From a virus (lineage: Duplodnaviria; Caudoviricetes): a stretch of DNA of 64,000 bases. The stretch spans positions 61 through 64,060 of the IMG/VR virus record IMGVR_UViG_3300008267_000039, one strand, 5' to 3'. The first letter of the stretch is position 1. Each line of letters starts with the position of its first letter. Both the position numbers and the translations under genes were made by a program. The notes beneath the pieces were generated by a model. That model was not told where the DNA came from, did not search any database, and saw only the letters and a program-made list of their open reading frames with translations. Positions 16,826-26,356 of the stretch are shown here, in pieces.

Positions 16826-17290
16826 TCACAAAATTCCAAGTTCTTTTTCTGTAATAATTGTAAATTCATAGTCATATTTTGAGCACCAAGCCCTTGCGCT
16901 TGCCCATTTTGCCTGATTCTTTAGGTAATTTAAATTCTCGTAAATTATTGTCTTCTTTTGTTTTCTACCATGATCAATTGTTTTTGGATCTATGGTTTGC
17001 CTGTGTGGTTTTACTTCCACAAGATATTTTTTTAATACTCCATTTACTTTCATTTTTATTGCAACATCTGGAAAATATACAGAAGTTTTTTCTGTTACTG
17101 GATTTTGATATTGTATTGCGATTCCCTCTGAACTCCATTCAATTACATCTTCATTTGCATCACACCAACGAAATAGTTTCAATTCCCAAGAAGAAAGAAA
17201 CCTTGGATAGTCGTTGCCCCTATATTTTTTCTCGTTTACTGGTTTATAAATTCCTTGTCGGAATTTTTTGTTAATCGATGTAAGTTTCAC
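16826..17290 (-). CDS. gp4: Head completion nuclease (TnsA-like)
   Basis: YKPVNEKKY, SSWE...WCD...WSSE, YFPD, EVKP, NQAKW, ITEKEL. Confidence 0.9.
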   Translation of the reverse strand: MKLTSINKKFRQGIYKPVNEKKYRGNDYPRFLSSWELKLFRWCDANEDVIEWSSEGIAIQYQNPVTEKTSVYFPDVAIKMKVNGVLKKYLVEVKPHRQTIDPKTIDHGRKQKKTIIYENLNYLKNQAKWASARAWCSKYDYEFTIITEKELGIL

Positions 17291-17750
17291 TTATGGAATA
17301 AAATATTTCATCTGGTCTATCGCTTTCAGTTGTTTGTATCCCATTGTTTGATAATATTATTTTAACAAAACTCCCACAATTAACCGCTTTTTTATTTTTA
17401 TCTTTTATATCGCAAACAATTTTATCAGGAACATTAATCATAAAAGGTAGATTGATTTCATCATATAATTTATGATTTTTAGCCTCTATTTTTGATTTGG
17501 GCATATTGAATAATTTTTCAATATCTTCAAATTTATATTTAACTGGAGGCATTGGTTCCTTTCCATCTTTCGTATATCGATGACCACTCATATCTTTCAT
17601 TATTCCATTTTTAAGAACAAATCCTATATGGTCATAGTCCCAACCCTTTGGCGTGTATGGTGATTTCATAACAAATATAGTATTCGAAAAATCGCCTATA
17701 TTTTTTTCATTTTCCTCCAATATATAATTTACTAGATTATTAAATTTCAT
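17271..17750 (-). CDS. Permuted papain-like (NlpC/P60-related) protein
   Basis: His motif DHIGFV precedes Cys motif NCGSFV; MKFNNLVNYILEE N-terminus. Confidence 0.5.
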   Translation of the reverse strand: MKFNNLVNYILEENEKNIGDFSNTIFVMKSPYTPKGWDYDHIGFVLKNGIMKDMSGHRYTKDGKEPMPPVKYKFEDIEKLFNMPKSKIEAKNHKLYDEINLPFMINVPDKIVCDIKDKNKKAVNCGSFVKIILSNNGIQTTESDRPDEIFYSISETYID

Positions 17751-17764
17751 TATTTTATAACTAT

Positions 17765-17968
17765 TTATTTTTCCAAACTTTTTAGCATTTCTAGTAATTC
17801 CCTCGCTGCTTGGTCTGGCGAAATCATGGGGTGCAATCCACCTGAAATATAATCCGGTTCTTTCTGGGGTGCATGATGATTGAGAATTTCCGTCATCTGG
17901 GAAAACATATCATTCAAACCCTTTTGTGGCTCGTAGTTTCCTTCAAATTGAACTCTTCCACCAAACAT
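17765..17968 (-). CDS. Small hypothetical protein
   Basis: ORF in the same operon direction between neck and head genes. Confidence 0.5.
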   Translation of the reverse strand: MFGGRVQFEGNYEPQKGLNDMFSQMTEILNHHAPQKEPDYISGGLHPMISPDQAARELLEMLKSLEK

Positions 17969-17989
17969 AAGTTGTTTATTATTAAAAAA

Positions 17990-19006
17990 TTACCCAACGC
18001 AGAACAAAATTGGGTCACTAGAACCCATCCCAGCGGATGCACCAGTGAATAATTGTTGTTCTAGGGAATCTTTTTCTTTTAAACCTTGGGATAATAGATC
18101 GTTATAGTTAATGACTCCACCTCCGAATAATGGAGCACCAGTATATTTTCCTCTAACATTACCAATCGAAATCTTGGTTAGTGCTAGGGCATATTGATAT
18201 ACCCATGGTTCTTTAATAATATCAGCCAGAGGTCTTTCTACATAACAAGAAACAGCACCCCAGAATCTAGATGGAGATGAACCCATTTTAGGTTGCGGTG
18301 TGATTCTCATGTATTGGGTTCTCTCATCGAACTGAATATCACGTCTCAGTGCAAGGAGTTTTTCTCTATCTTCCAACCAGTTTTTAAGAATGTGCCAAGA
18401 AACTAGATCGAACCCATAGTTGCCCATGGAATAAGAAAAGTAAGTTTGCTGGGCCATTGTTTGTTCAATTGTAAAGAGAGTATTGACACCTGTGGAAGAT
18501 CCTTCTTCAAAATCTGTTACAGAAATAACTTTTCTATAACTGTCCATCATGTAGTCATAGGAATTAAGAAGATCAAGAACTGGTTTTCCCACACTGTTTT
18601 GTTTTGCAACTTGATAAATCCAAGGAGCATTCGGATCACCAATAACCATCTTGCCAATAGTGTATGCTTTTTGAATATCTTTGTTTGGGTTTTCAATTTC
18701 CAGTCTTGCATTGAAATCTCTGGAAAGGGAGAACAATACATCAAGTCTTATTCCCTTGTCTTTTTCATAGAGTTCAGAATCAAATACAAGATATTCCCTA
18801 GTATAACCTGCAAATCTTGTGAACATTTCCGATGCAATGGAAATAAACTCATTTAATTGATCTTCATGTACCTCCAAATTGATCATTGGAGCACCAAGGC
18901 TTCTACATATCCTTTGACCAACCCTCTCATAGCTATCCATGATGCTATTGAGGTTGCTACTGAAAAAAGAAGAGACGGGTAGAGATGTTGTACAATCCAA
19001 TGCCAT
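17990..19006 (-). CDS. gp13: Neck protein
   Basis: LGAPMINLEV; WVYQYALALTK...KY...GG..N C-terminus. Confidence 0.85.
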   Translation of the reverse strand: MALDCTTSLPVSSFFSSNLNSIMDSYERVGQRICRSLGAPMINLEVHEDQLNEFISIASEMFTRFAGYTREYLVFDSELYEKDKGIRLDVLFSLSRDFNARLEIENPNKDIQKAYTIGKMVIGDPNAPWIYQVAKQNSVGKPVLDLLNSYDYMMDSYRKVISVTDFEEGSSTGVNTLFTIEQTMAQQTYFSYSMGNYGFDLVSWHILKNWLEDREKLLALRRDIQFDERTQYMRITPQPKMGSSPSRFWGAVSCYVERPLADIIKEPWVYQYALALTKISIGNVRGKYTGAPLFGGGVINYNDLLSQGLKEKDSLEQQLFTGASAGMGSSDPILFCVG

Positions 19007-19050
19007 AATATTAATTATTTAGTGGCAATGTTGAAAAGAATCAAAAGGGT

Positions 19051-19461
19051 TTAACGGAGAATTTCTGGCCAAGTGGCTTTAATTTCTTCTAAAGTATCTG
19101 GAAGTTCTGTTTTAGTGACATCTCGAAGAGCTTGTTTATTAGCGGCTATTTCTTTTTGTAAGGTTGTGTTAACAGATTCCACCGCCTTCATAAAGTCTAC
19201 ATCAAGAGCAGCTAGGAGAGGAGTCCTTGCTCTTCTATAATGTTCTAGCCAGATTTCTTTTGCTTTTGAGATGTTTACTTTGGCTCCTATTTCTTGGTCA
19301 AATTCATAAGCATCAAAAAAGGTTTTGTCGATGTTTAAAGATTCCACAATTTTGTAGGGAGTATTAGGAGGAACTGTGTCACTAACTACAACATCAGTGT
19401 TTTTTAAACAAGGAAAAACGACCGAGATGTTATCACTTTCTTTATATATTATGTAGTTCAT
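19051..19461 (-). CDS. Tail fiber assembly chaperone-like protein
   Basis: KAKEI...RRARTPLLAALDVDFMKA...KQALRD...WP. Confidence 0.65.
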   Translation of the reverse strand: MNYIIYKESDNISVVFPCLKNTDVVVSDTVPPNTPYKIVESLNIDKTFFDAYEFDQEIGAKVNISKAKEIWLEHYRRARTPLLAALDVDFMKAVESVNTTLQKEIAANKQALRDVTKTELPDTLEEIKATWPEILR

Positions 19462-19464
19462 GTT

Positions 19465-19926
19465 TTAATAAAAAATAACGTTTACGTCTGTTACATCATT
19501 ATAATTTCCTCCGCCGCCGACACCAGTATCGCATCTCAAGGTTATAGAATTTGTTGTTCTTGAAGTTATAGACCCGTATAGCGGATAGCCGCCTGAAGTA
19601 TTGAATCCTGCTGTTATTGAAACTGGTCTTCCTGTAACAGTAAATGGAACAGTTACTACATATCGTCCACTACTTCCTGCTGTCACTCCTGTAACATTAA
19701 AATTACTGTTTATCGAAACTATCTGTGAACTACTTGCATTAAAATTCACCCAAGCTTTGGCAGAGGCAGGAGAAGCACTTAAACTTGTACCAATCCAAGT
19801 AGACCCATCGTAACCCAAGACTTGTCCATTACTTGGAGACGCTGGTTTTGCAATAAAAGTATTTGCACTTGTTATTGTGCTTGCATCGTTAAAAGTAATA
19901 CCTGCGGAGTCGATTGTTGTTGGCAT
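19465..19926 (-). CDS. Short tail fiber / receptor-binding protein
   Basis: GQVLGYDGSTW repeat unit and AKAWVNF...SFNV-type C-terminal domain. Confidence 0.65.
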   Translation of the reverse strand: MPTTIDSAGITFNDASTITSANTFIAKPASPSNGQVLGYDGSTWIGTSLSASPASAKAWVNFNASSSQIVSINSNFNVTGVTAGSSGRYVVTVPFTVTGRPVSITAGFNTSGGYPLYGSITSRTTNSITLRCDTGVGGGGNYNDVTDVNVIFY

Positions 19927-19936
19927 ATGATATTAT

Positions 19937-20590
19937 TTATCCTTCGTAAGCTATATTAATTGTTCCAGCATCAAATGTATCTGTTCCGTTTACTGTGGTA
20001 ATGCTGATACGGTCGAGCGTTGATGTTAGCGATTTGATTCCATTAATTGTTGATGTTGTATTAGTCGAATCTTCAAATGCTGATCCACTTATAATCCAAT
20101 CATTTGAATTAATATTTATCATTGAAATAGTCCCATATCTTAAGTGCGCTGCACCATTACCTGGAACCGTAATTCCATTAGTAGGTGATGTTAATGAACA
20201 AAGATTGGTTCCTGATATGTTTCCAGATACAACAATATATCCAGTTGATTCTACTCCACCAGAATCACCGATTCGAATTTGAACTTCACTTGTTCCATTA
20301 GTACTAACACCATTTAATATTACGGTAATCCTCTTCACCCAACTTGGAATTCCAGTAAAGTCAACAGCAGTTCCAGATGCAGTTTTTGCGGTGGCAAGCG
20401 TCAAAGAACCCCCTGCGGTAAGCAAACCAGTTAAATTTCCTGTAACATTACCAGTAACATTACCAGTAACATTTCCAGTTAGATTTCCAATAATTTCACT
20501 TTCCGTAATAGTAGCGGCAGTAGTGCCATTTACCTTCAAATAACCTTGCGGTGAAATTGGATCATTTTGTAATGTAAGTGATGTTGCCAT
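19937..20590 (-). CDS. Short fiber protein, paralog 1
   Basis: GNVT shaft repeats; VDFTGIPSWVKRIT...TFDAGTINIAYE head. Confidence 0.75.
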   Translation of the reverse strand: MATSLTLQNDPISPQGYLKVNGTTAATITESEIIGNLTGNVTGNVTGNVTGNLTGLLTAGGSLTLATAKTASGTAVDFTGIPSWVKRITVILNGVSTNGTSEVQIRIGDSGGVESTGYIVVSGNISGTNLCSLTSPTNGITVPGNGAAHLRYGTISMININSNDWIISGSAFEDSTNTTSTINGIKSLTSTLDRISITTVNGTDTFDAGTINIAYEG

Positions 20591-20600
20591 GTGTTATTAT

Positions 20601-21254
20601 TTATCCTTCGTAAGCTATATTAATTGTTCCAGCATCAAATGTATCCGTTTCATTGATTGTAGTAATGCGAACTCTATCAAGTGTTGATGTCAATGACTTG
20701 CTTCCGTTAATTCTCGTTGTAGTATTACCAATATCCTCAACTCCTGATCCGCTTATAATCCAATTATTTAAATTAATATTTATCATTGAAATAGTTGCAT
20801 ATCTTATGTGTGTTGCAAGAAGACCCGCTACAATAATTCCGGTAGTATATCCAAGTAATGAACAAGTGTTAGTTCCAGTTATGCCTCCGTTTGCATTACT
20901 ATATCCAGTTGATTCTACTCCACCAGAATTACCGAGTTGAATTTGAACTGCACTTGTTCCATTAGTACTAACACCATTTAATATTACAGTAATCCGCTTT
21001 ACCCAACTTGGAATACCAGTAAAGTCAACAGCAGTTCCAGATGCAGTTTTTACTGTTGCGCGAGTAAGTGATCCTCCAGTGGTGAGTGAACCAGTTAAAT
21101 TTCCTGTAACATTACCAATTAAATTTCCTGTAACATTTCCAGTAACATTACTGGTAATGCCGCTTTCCGTAATAGTAGCAGCAGTAATCCCATTGACCTT
21201 CAAATAACCTCGATCCAAAATTGCATCATTTTGTAATGTAAATGAGGTTGCCAT
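20601..21254 (-). CDS. Short fiber protein, paralog 2
   Basis: Same length (217 aa) and architecture as 19937-20590. Confidence 0.75.
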   Translation of the reverse strand: MATSFTLQNDAILDRGYLKVNGITAATITESGITSNVTGNVTGNLIGNVTGNLTGSLTTGGSLTRATVKTASGTAVDFTGIPSWVKRITVILNGVSTNGTSAVQIQLGNSGGVESTGYSNANGGITGTNTCSLLGYTTGIIVAGLLATHIRYATISMININLNNWIISGSGVEDIGNTTTRINGSKSLTSTLDRVRITTINETDTFDAGTINIAYEG

Positions 21255-21264
21255 GTGTTATTAT

Positions 21265-21585
21265 TTATTCTGGTTTGTTTGGAAATGCAACTTCTTCTGG
21301 TTTGGAAAATGCTTGTGGAATGTCTCTGAGAGCTTGGCGATATGTTAACCATGCTTCTTTAGAAGGCTTTGGATTTGCATCAGAAGCAACAGACCAGTCA
21401 GAGTCTTTTAAAAGAACATCGCGCTGGCTTCTAATTTGTTCCCAAGTAGGAGGATAAACCTTGTTCAACCACGCTACATACTCTGGATTGTCAACGGACA
21501 TTTTCTCCCCGTTCTCTGCGTGAGTTGCAGAACCCGTGATCTCTCCGTTCTCATCCCTATATACATATACATATACAAATTCCAT
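21265..21585 (-). CDS. Tail fiber assembly chaperone
   Basis: WEQIRSQRDVLLKDSDW...YRQALRDIPQ...FPNKP. Confidence 0.8.
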   Translation of the reverse strand: MEFVYVYVYRDENGEITGSATHAENGEKMSVDNPEYVAWLNKVYPPTWEQIRSQRDVLLKDSDWSVASDANPKPSKEAWLTYRQALRDIPQAFSKPEEVAFPNKPE

Positions 21586-21586
21586 A

Positions 21587-21940
21587 TTATTTTAGAATGT
21601 AAAAGATTGAAAATCTAGCCAAAGCAAGTGCTGAAGAACCTCCTGAAAAATTAGCTGATGTCGATAATTTAATTCCGTTTGGACAATCTATTCCAGATGC
21701 AATTTGATTGAGTCCTGCATCGGGATAATTTGGGTACGTTGTTCCAATAATAATTGGAGTACTTCCGTTTTTAATTTGGAAATCATAGTAGTAATTAGTG
21801 GTATTGGTCGCTCCGGTGATTAATCCTCCAGCATGATAGCCAAGTAAAATAGCAGGACTTGCAGTGATTACGGAATCTGTAACTCCTCCAGAAATTACGG
21901 AAGTTTCAGCAGGACGAAGAAGAAAAGATGATAGTGTCAT
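21587..21940 (-). CDS. Small structural protein
   Basis: Beta-rich ORF inside the fiber cluster. Confidence 0.55.
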   Translation of the reverse strand: MTLSSFLLRPAETSVISGGVTDSVITASPAILLGYHAGGLITGATNTTNYYYDFQIKNGSTPIIIGTTYPNYPDAGLNQIASGIDCPNGIKLSTSANFSGGSSALALARFSIFYILK

Positions 21941-21952
21941 AGTTTTATTTAG

Positions 21953-22282
21953 TTAAGCGTAGATTTGCCATGTTGATCCATTGTAGATGAGAGTAATATT
22001 CGCACCTTGAATATCGCAAATGAGGTTTTCGGAAAGGCCATTGATTGTATTTCCGTTCCTTGCAATTGTGAGATTGTTCGTGTCCCAAGTATTAAACTTG
22101 TCAGCAAAAGTAATTGCCTCGTTAGTCGCTGGTGTAGTTGGGAGCGTCAATGTAATCACTCCAGCAGATGTGTCTGCCATGATGTGCTGACCAGCATAGA
22201 CTGTTGAGCTTGTACTAACAGATACCCAGCTTTGAATCGCTGGTGTTGAAATTCCTGTTGTTCCGTTTAGTGTAATTGGCAT
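21953..22282 (-). CDS. gp9/gp10-like adaptor domain protein
   Basis: DTSAGVITLTLP...D...WDTNNLTIARNGNTING...LIY...W. Confidence 0.65.
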   Translation of the reverse strand: MPITLNGTTGISTPAIQSWVSVSTSSTVYAGQHIMADTSAGVITLTLPTTPATNEAITFADKFNTWDTNNLTIARNGNTINGLSENLICDIQGANITLIYNGSTWQIYA

Positions 22283-22295
22283 AAAAAAATATCTT

Positions 22296-22613
22296 CTAAA
22301 TTACAGTCCATGTTGATCCTGCTGGAACTGTTACGCTTACTCCAGCAGCAACCGTAACTGGTCCCACTGTCATTGCATTTTTGTTATTTGTGACAGTATA
22401 ATTTTGTGTTACTGTTTGGGAATTTTCCCAGAAAATTTTATCGTTTCCTCCACCAGTTGGATAAATCGAACCAATTTGAGCACTCAATTCACTTCTGAGT
22501 GTTCCATAGGTCCATTTTCTTTCTCCACCGGATTCGTTTTTTTCGTATCCGACGAAATAAGCTGATGTTGGTATTGTTGATGATGGTGAAAAATCACTGA
22601 AATCGACGGCCAT
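22296..22613 (-). CDS. Small fiber adaptor protein
   Basis: N-terminal SDF...VGY...GERKWT motif; C-terminal GGGNDKIFWEN...NAMTVGP...STWTVI. Confidence 0.7.
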   Translation of the reverse strand: MAVDFSDFSPSSTIPTSAYFVGYEKNESGGERKWTYGTLRSELSAQIGSIYPTGGGNDKIFWENSQTVTQNYTVTNNKNAMTVGPVTVAAGVSVTVPAGSTWTVI

Positions 22614-22657
22614 ATACTTTTATTTATATTCGAGCATTCACTTTTTCAAAAAAAAAA

Positions 22658-22800
22658 TCAAAAAGGATTCATATTTTCTCCATCGAATCCTTGGACTTGA
22701 TAATCCTCAAATGTCACAATTCCTTTCAATGGATAAATGTCCGCTCCATCTATTTCAGTTATTTGAACTCCATCAATCAAAGTCACTATTCCAGCACCCA
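22658..22800. repeat. 143-nt dispersed repeat, copy 1 (copy 2 at 36058-36200)
   Basis: 13 mismatches in 143 nt by manual alignment; 63 nt identical (22673-22735). Confidence 0.9.
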
Positions 22801-24733
22801 ATACAACGTTTGTGGGAGTAATTGATGGCGTGGGAGTTGGGGATGTTCCAATTGTTGGTGTAACAGTTGGAGTTACTGTGACAGTTGGAGTGGGAGTGGG
22901 AGTTGCAACAGGAGTTGCCGTTGGAGTTGGCCTTAACAAAGGAGCGGACAATGGTGGGCAATATAGATTATAAATTTCTATAAAATCATTTTCCACACTT
23001 TCGGAAAAAGGAACACCCACTGCAAGAATATCTCCAAAGATGTTGAGTTGTGTTCCATAATTTCTTTCTCCATCAAGTAGAGAAACAGAAGTGGGATAAT
23101 ATATTGTTCTATTTGTAAAATATCCAAATTGATCTTTTTCCAGCAAATATACTTTACCTTGGTTTGCCACTTCCAGTAAAGGATAATCGTCCAAATAAAA
23201 TGTTTCAAATGGTGCGGATATTGCAGCGCGTTTTCCAGAAATTTTAACGGAATATCCAAATGCACCAGACAATGTATCCATGTTGAAGTATTGCCCCATT
23301 TCGGAAATAAGAATCCATTCTTTACTGACAGGAGATAATACATAATGGAAAGCCTCTCCTTGATTGTTTCCAGCAATGTATCTCTTCTCCCCAAATGGAG
23401 CACCAACAATCATTTCATTGTCGTTTTGGATACTCATGGAATACCCAAATCCCCTTGCACCACTATAAGGTGGATTTATAGTTTGATGGTATTGGTATCC
23501 GAAGTCTGGATCTTTTTTGAAAGAAACTATTTTATCATCTGTGGAATAAGAGAGAAGATAATTCTCACTCATTTCAATATTTGTTCCAAGTCCAGTTACT
23601 GTGGAATTAAATGTCTGGTAAAACCTCCAAGTACCAATTGTGGAAAGAACATTTGATTCCGTGACATAATTGTAAACGTGATGGTTTTCTCCAGTGGAGG
23701 AAGATGCAATAACAAGAGTATCCCCATATCCTGCACAGGAAGTAATATCATCACTACTTATTGGAAGAGTAATTGTATTTTGTCTTATTGTCTTGTTTCC
23801 AAGAAATTCATATATGAGGAGTTTATTATCGGATTTTGCAAATATTAAATTCTCATGGTAATTTAATATTTTTAAAGGGTTTGTGCTTCTAAATTGTTGA
23901 CTTTTTACAAAATCTTTTCCATTGTATTTGTATATATTGAATCCCTTTTCTTGAGGGGATGCGATCCATTTTCCATTTGATGGAAGTCTATTTCCTTTTA
24001 GATTTGCTTCTGTGTTTATATCTTGGACACAGACTGTGTTTATTTTTTCCTCTTTCTTTGCGGGAAATCCTGCAACGTTGAATTGTTTTACATTGAATCT
24101 ACTATGTTGATCTAAGGAAGTATAGAACAATCCGACCTTGACTGACTTTTTATCATATACTGGAAGGTTTGTTTCAAGTACTGTTGTGAATTCCTTTTGG
24201 TTATCTTTTTTTACTTGAACCCTCAATTGGCTCATGCACTTGGAAAAAACAACTCTTGCTTGTTTATAAACAACTTCTTCTCCTGTGGAAGTTAATTGTT
24301 GGGATATTGTAAAATCTTTTGAATATTGTAGATTTTCAGTTTGTTTAAGAACTTTATAATCGTTTCTTATGCCGTCTCTAAGACAAATGGAATTTGCAGT
24401 TGTATGTTCCACACCTTGGACATAAGGTGTTCTTTTTGCAAAAATGCCATTTATATCAAAACCAATTCCATATACAGCCGCTTCCAGACCCTTTAATGTG
24501 GGTTCATTGCATTCTCTTGATTCACTTGGAGTATAGGCGAGGCTATATCTAATTCCCCCACCTCTTGGCTTGTCATTGATGCTTTCAAATAGAGCTATGC
24601 AAAATCCACAACTCGGAGTATCATCTATGTTGTATAAGGAATAATCAACACTGATTATGATATCATGGTGAGTATCTAGTGCCTGATCGTTCCAAAATTG
24701 AACAAACTTTTCTGTTGATTCGTTTTGTTGCAT
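22658..24733 (-). CDS. Structural protein: lectin-like domain, FG-GAP-like propeller, PT linker, C-terminal tandem modules
   Basis: GIGFDING; FGYSMSI...VGAP and FGYSVKI...ISAP repeats; PTPT linker. Confidence 0.7.
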   Translation of the reverse strand: MQQNESTEKFVQFWNDQALDTHHDIIISVDYSLYNIDDTPSCGFCIALFESINDKPRGGGIRYSLAYTPSESRECNEPTLKGLEAAVYGIGFDINGIFAKRTPYVQGVEHTTANSICLRDGIRNDYKVLKQTENLQYSKDFTISQQLTSTGEEVVYKQARVVFSKCMSQLRVQVKKDNQKEFTTVLETNLPVYDKKSVKVGLFYTSLDQHSRFNVKQFNVAGFPAKKEEKINTVCVQDINTEANLKGNRLPSNGKWIASPQEKGFNIYKYNGKDFVKSQQFRSTNPLKILNYHENLIFAKSDNKLLIYEFLGNKTIRQNTITLPISSDDITSCAGYGDTLVIASSSTGENHHVYNYVTESNVLSTIGTWRFYQTFNSTVTGLGTNIEMSENYLLSYSTDDKIVSFKKDPDFGYQYHQTINPPYSGARGFGYSMSIQNDNEMIVGAPFGEKRYIAGNNQGEAFHYVLSPVSKEWILISEMGQYFNMDTLSGAFGYSVKISGKRAAISAPFETFYLDDYPLLEVANQGKVYLLEKDQFGYFTNRTIYYPTSVSLLDGERNYGTQLNIFGDILAVGVPFSESVENDFIEIYNLYCPPLSAPLLRPTPTATPVATPTPTPTVTVTPTVTPTIGTSPTPTPSITPTNVVLGAGIVTLIDGVQITEIDGADIYPLKGIVTFEDYQVQGFDGENMNPF

Positions 24734-24783
24734 TGCGCCTTTTTATTATTTAAGGCGTTGGATTGTTAATTCAAAAAATATAG

Positions 24784-26310
24784 TTATTTATTTTCCAAGA
24801 CTTGTACGCGAACTTGAAGTTCTTCGTTTTCTGCTTTCAATTCTTGAACTGCTTTGATGAGAGGCCCAATCAATTCGCTATAACCAATAGAGAGAACATC
24901 GTCTCCACCTTTTACGGAGTGATCTTGGAAGCCACCAAAATCAATACCTTTAGCGTCAAGAACTGCTTTCACTTCTTGAGCAATCAATCCATGATGGAAT
25001 CGGCTGCGCTTCTTGCTGCCATCGTGAGTGATGTTGGCAAGTTTTACATCTTCAAGCCATTTGTCTTTAGCAACAACATAAGCATTGTAAGCTGCAAGTT
25101 CTTCTGCATATTTAGCTTTATCTTCATCAGAAGCGTCTTCTTTAAGTCCTATTGGTTTAGCAACAAATTTAGGTGCTTCTGGACGATAGTCCTCACGCAT
25201 ATCCCACTTAAAGTCAACTGGGCGAAGCGAATTTACAAATTCAAGGCCAAGAGTTGTGTCACGAATATCAGCTTTATCTCTGATGTCAGAACGATTTTGG
25301 ACAGCGCCATATGCATAAGTTGTTGTTGCGGAATTGCCAAGCTGAACTTGGTTTGATCCTGTTACTTGAGCATTATATCCAACCCCAGAACTATTAACTC
25401 CAGTTATATTATTATCAATCGCACCAAACCCAATTGCCGTGTTTTGATTTCCTGATGTATTCCCACCAAGTGCATTATACCCAACTGCCGTATTAGTGTC
25501 ACCGCCTATATTGGCTTGAAGCGCAAGCATCCCAACTGCGGTGTTATTGGTTCCAGTTGTGTTATCATTAAGTGCAGCACTTCCAACTGCTGTGTTGTTG
25601 ACTCCAGTTGTGTTAAGTAATAGTGCGCTTCTGCCAACTGCTGTGTTGTCTGTTCCAGTTGTGTTTGTGGAGAGTGCATTTACACCAACTGCGGTGTTGT
25701 CGACTCCAGTTGTGTTGTTAAGAAGTGCCTGTAATCCAACTGCTGTGTTGTTGGTTCCAGTGTTTGACCGAAGGGCGCGTTTTCCAATTGCTGTGTTATT
25801 TATACCAGTTGTGTTGTTGTAGAGTGCGCTTACCCCAACTGCGGTGTTGTCTGTTCCTGTTGTGTTGTTAAGAAGTGCCTGTAATCCAACTGCTGTGTTG
25901 TCGACTCCAGTTGTGTTGTTAAGAAGTGCCTGTAATCCAACTGCTGTGTTGTTGGATCCGGTTGTGTTAGAAGGCAGTGCAGAAACTCCAATTGCCGTGT
26001 TGTTTATTCCAGTTGTGTTTGATTGAAGTGCAATTCTTCCAACTGCCGTGTTAGATGTTCCAATTGTATTAAGTTCAAGCGCAGACTCTCCAACTGCGGT
26101 GTTGTTGATTCCAGTTGTGTTTGCGGCGAGCGAAGTAACACCAAAAGCGGTATTGTAATTACCAATATCGTTTTTTCTAGTTACGGTATTTGCAATTGTT
26201 GAAACAGTCCAACGTCTTTCTCCGTTTAATGCGGCTTCATCGTAACCGACAATGAAATCGTCCGGTGCGGCTGCTGCTGATAATGTGAAGTCTGATAATG
26301 TAGATGCCAT
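24784..26310 (-). CDS. Tail fiber/spike with YadA-head-like repeats and C-terminal S74 intramolecular chaperone
   Basis: Many 14-aa NTAVGxxALxxNTTG repeats; SDIRDK cleavage motif, GLIAQEV, Y.ELI.PLIKAVQEL. Confidence 0.88.
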   Translation of the reverse strand: MASTLSDFTLSAAAAPDDFIVGYDEAALNGERRWTVSTIANTVTRKNDIGNYNTAFGVTSLAANTTGINNTAVGESALELNTIGTSNTAVGRIALQSNTTGINNTAIGVSALPSNTTGSNNTAVGLQALLNNTTGVDNTAVGLQALLNNTTGTDNTAVGVSALYNNTTGINNTAIGKRALRSNTGTNNTAVGLQALLNNTTGVDNTAVGVNALSTNTTGTDNTAVGRSALLLNTTGVNNTAVGSAALNDNTTGTNNTAVGMLALQANIGGDTNTAVGYNALGGNTSGNQNTAIGFGAIDNNITGVNSSGVGYNAQVTGSNQVQLGNSATTTYAYGAVQNRSDIRDKADIRDTTLGLEFVNSLRPVDFKWDMREDYRPEAPKFVAKPIGLKEDASDEDKAKYAEELAAYNAYVVAKDKWLEDVKLANITHDGSKKRSRFHHGLIAQEVKAVLDAKGIDFGGFQDHSVKGGDDVLSIGYSELIGPLIKAVQELKAENEELQVRVQVLENK

Positions 26311-26356
26311 ATATTTTTATTTATATCTAAAGTTTCTTTTTTTTTAAAAGAAATTA

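Noticed and set aside
16826-17290. TnsA-like nuclease as evidence of a Tn7 transposon
   Set aside because: Matches the T4 gp4 head-completion pattern and context; no tnsB/tnsC or transposon ends.
25541-26026. Plus-strand repetitive ORFs (also 35992-36423 and 36619-36882)
   Set aside because: Antisense shadows of the repeat-coding fiber and PT-linker genes.
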